Positions 63,367-64,000 of a stretch of 64,000 bases of DNA are shown one piece after another. Under the pieces are notes generated by a model that did no database searches, had not been told where the DNA came from, and worked only from the letters and a program-made list of their open reading frames with translations. Each line of letters starts with the position of its first letter. Position 1 is the first letter of the stretch. A program made the translations under genes and the position numbers. Origin of the DNA: Oopsacas minuta (Eukaryota; Animalia; Porifera); the NCBI GenBank assembly GCA_024704765.1, contig JAKMXF010000035.1, positions 3,166 to 67,165 on the forward strand. Direction: 5' to 3'.

Positions 63367-63774
63367 TTAAATCTATTAAAGCGCCTTAAATATCAATTGT
63401 ATTCAATGGTTGCCAAGGAAGGAGATTAAGTACAGGCTAAGCTACCAATATACATCATGCTATCAACTAAATCAAGTACACCCTCGCTAATCCAAACAGC
63501 ACCGTTCCTATTGCAAAACACATTGTTCGGTTATTGAAATGCATTGAGACAATACTATGTATGATTTAGGAGTACATTAAGAGAGCTGACAACATGTGTA
63601 TTTGTCGACAATAGAATTGTATACAGTTATGTCTTTTTGAATATTATCCACTACTCCTTCAAACCTAATTTAGTTGCCATTCATTAGACATTCCTATTTG
63701 CATTTACGTATCTAGGGTTATGAGTCAGGGTGTCAAGTATTACATCATACATACCTCCCTATACTTTTTGTATT

Positions 63775-64000
63775 ATGGCGGAGTCCAATGTAGGTGTCCA
63801 CCCAAATGGCTGACTATTTGTCGTACACACTAAGATACAATTACAAATTATTTATAGCGTATGTCGAATAGAAGTGAAGGAGGAAGAATTGATGCGTGTG
63901 CAGGGGAACCTGTTACAGCTACGTACTGAAAACTACGATTTAAGAGATCAGATAGTACGAATAACTGAAGAGAACAAAAGGTTGAAGAAAAAGACTTTTC
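63775..64000 (+). CDS. GRIPAP1: 5' end of a GRIPAP1/GRASP-1-like coiled-coil gene (runs off the window)
   Basis: Exon 63775-63793, intron 63794-63871, exon 63872 onward gives MAESNVEVKEEELMRVQGNLLQLRTENYDLRDQI, similar to GRIPAP1 MAQALSEEEFQRMQ.QLLELRTNNYQLSDEL. Confidence 0.55.

Overview
AT-rich eukaryotic DNA with GT-AG introns and many transposon remnants. The gene families (expanded coiled-coil+NHL genes, intronless orphan 7TM ORFs, Maf-like bZIP) suggest an early-branching animal, possibly a glass sponge; this is inference, not established. The main feature is a ~38.8 kb, 21-exon minus-strand gene (ATG 51413 to TAA 12658, ~5,200 codons) that I assembled by hand with mostly phase-consistent splice sites. 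It encodes a predicted type I membrane protein: signal peptide, vitellogenin/large-lipid-transfer-like N-terminus, amphipathic helical bundle, degenerate LECT2/M23-like domain, SAP-like motif, PAN/apple domain, ~18-20 Fn3/Ig-like repeats interrupted by a degenerate GH16-like jelly roll, cadherin-like domain, EGF repeats, TM helix and short tail. In this sequence it carries 8 in-frame stops (all in exons 4-5) and 4 single-base frameshifts. Three opposite-strand genes sit in its introns. The window also holds a membrane-anchored polyQ P-loop GTPase (disrupted), an intron-containing Ginger/GIN-type integrase remnant, six coiled-coil+NHL genes (only one intact, two forming an inverted duplication), an isolated TXNL1-like exon, the start of a GRIPAP1-like gene, and hAT, Tc1/pogo and Helitron-like elements. 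I saw no rRNA, tRNA or CRISPR. All family assignments come from motif recognition by eye; no database was searched.
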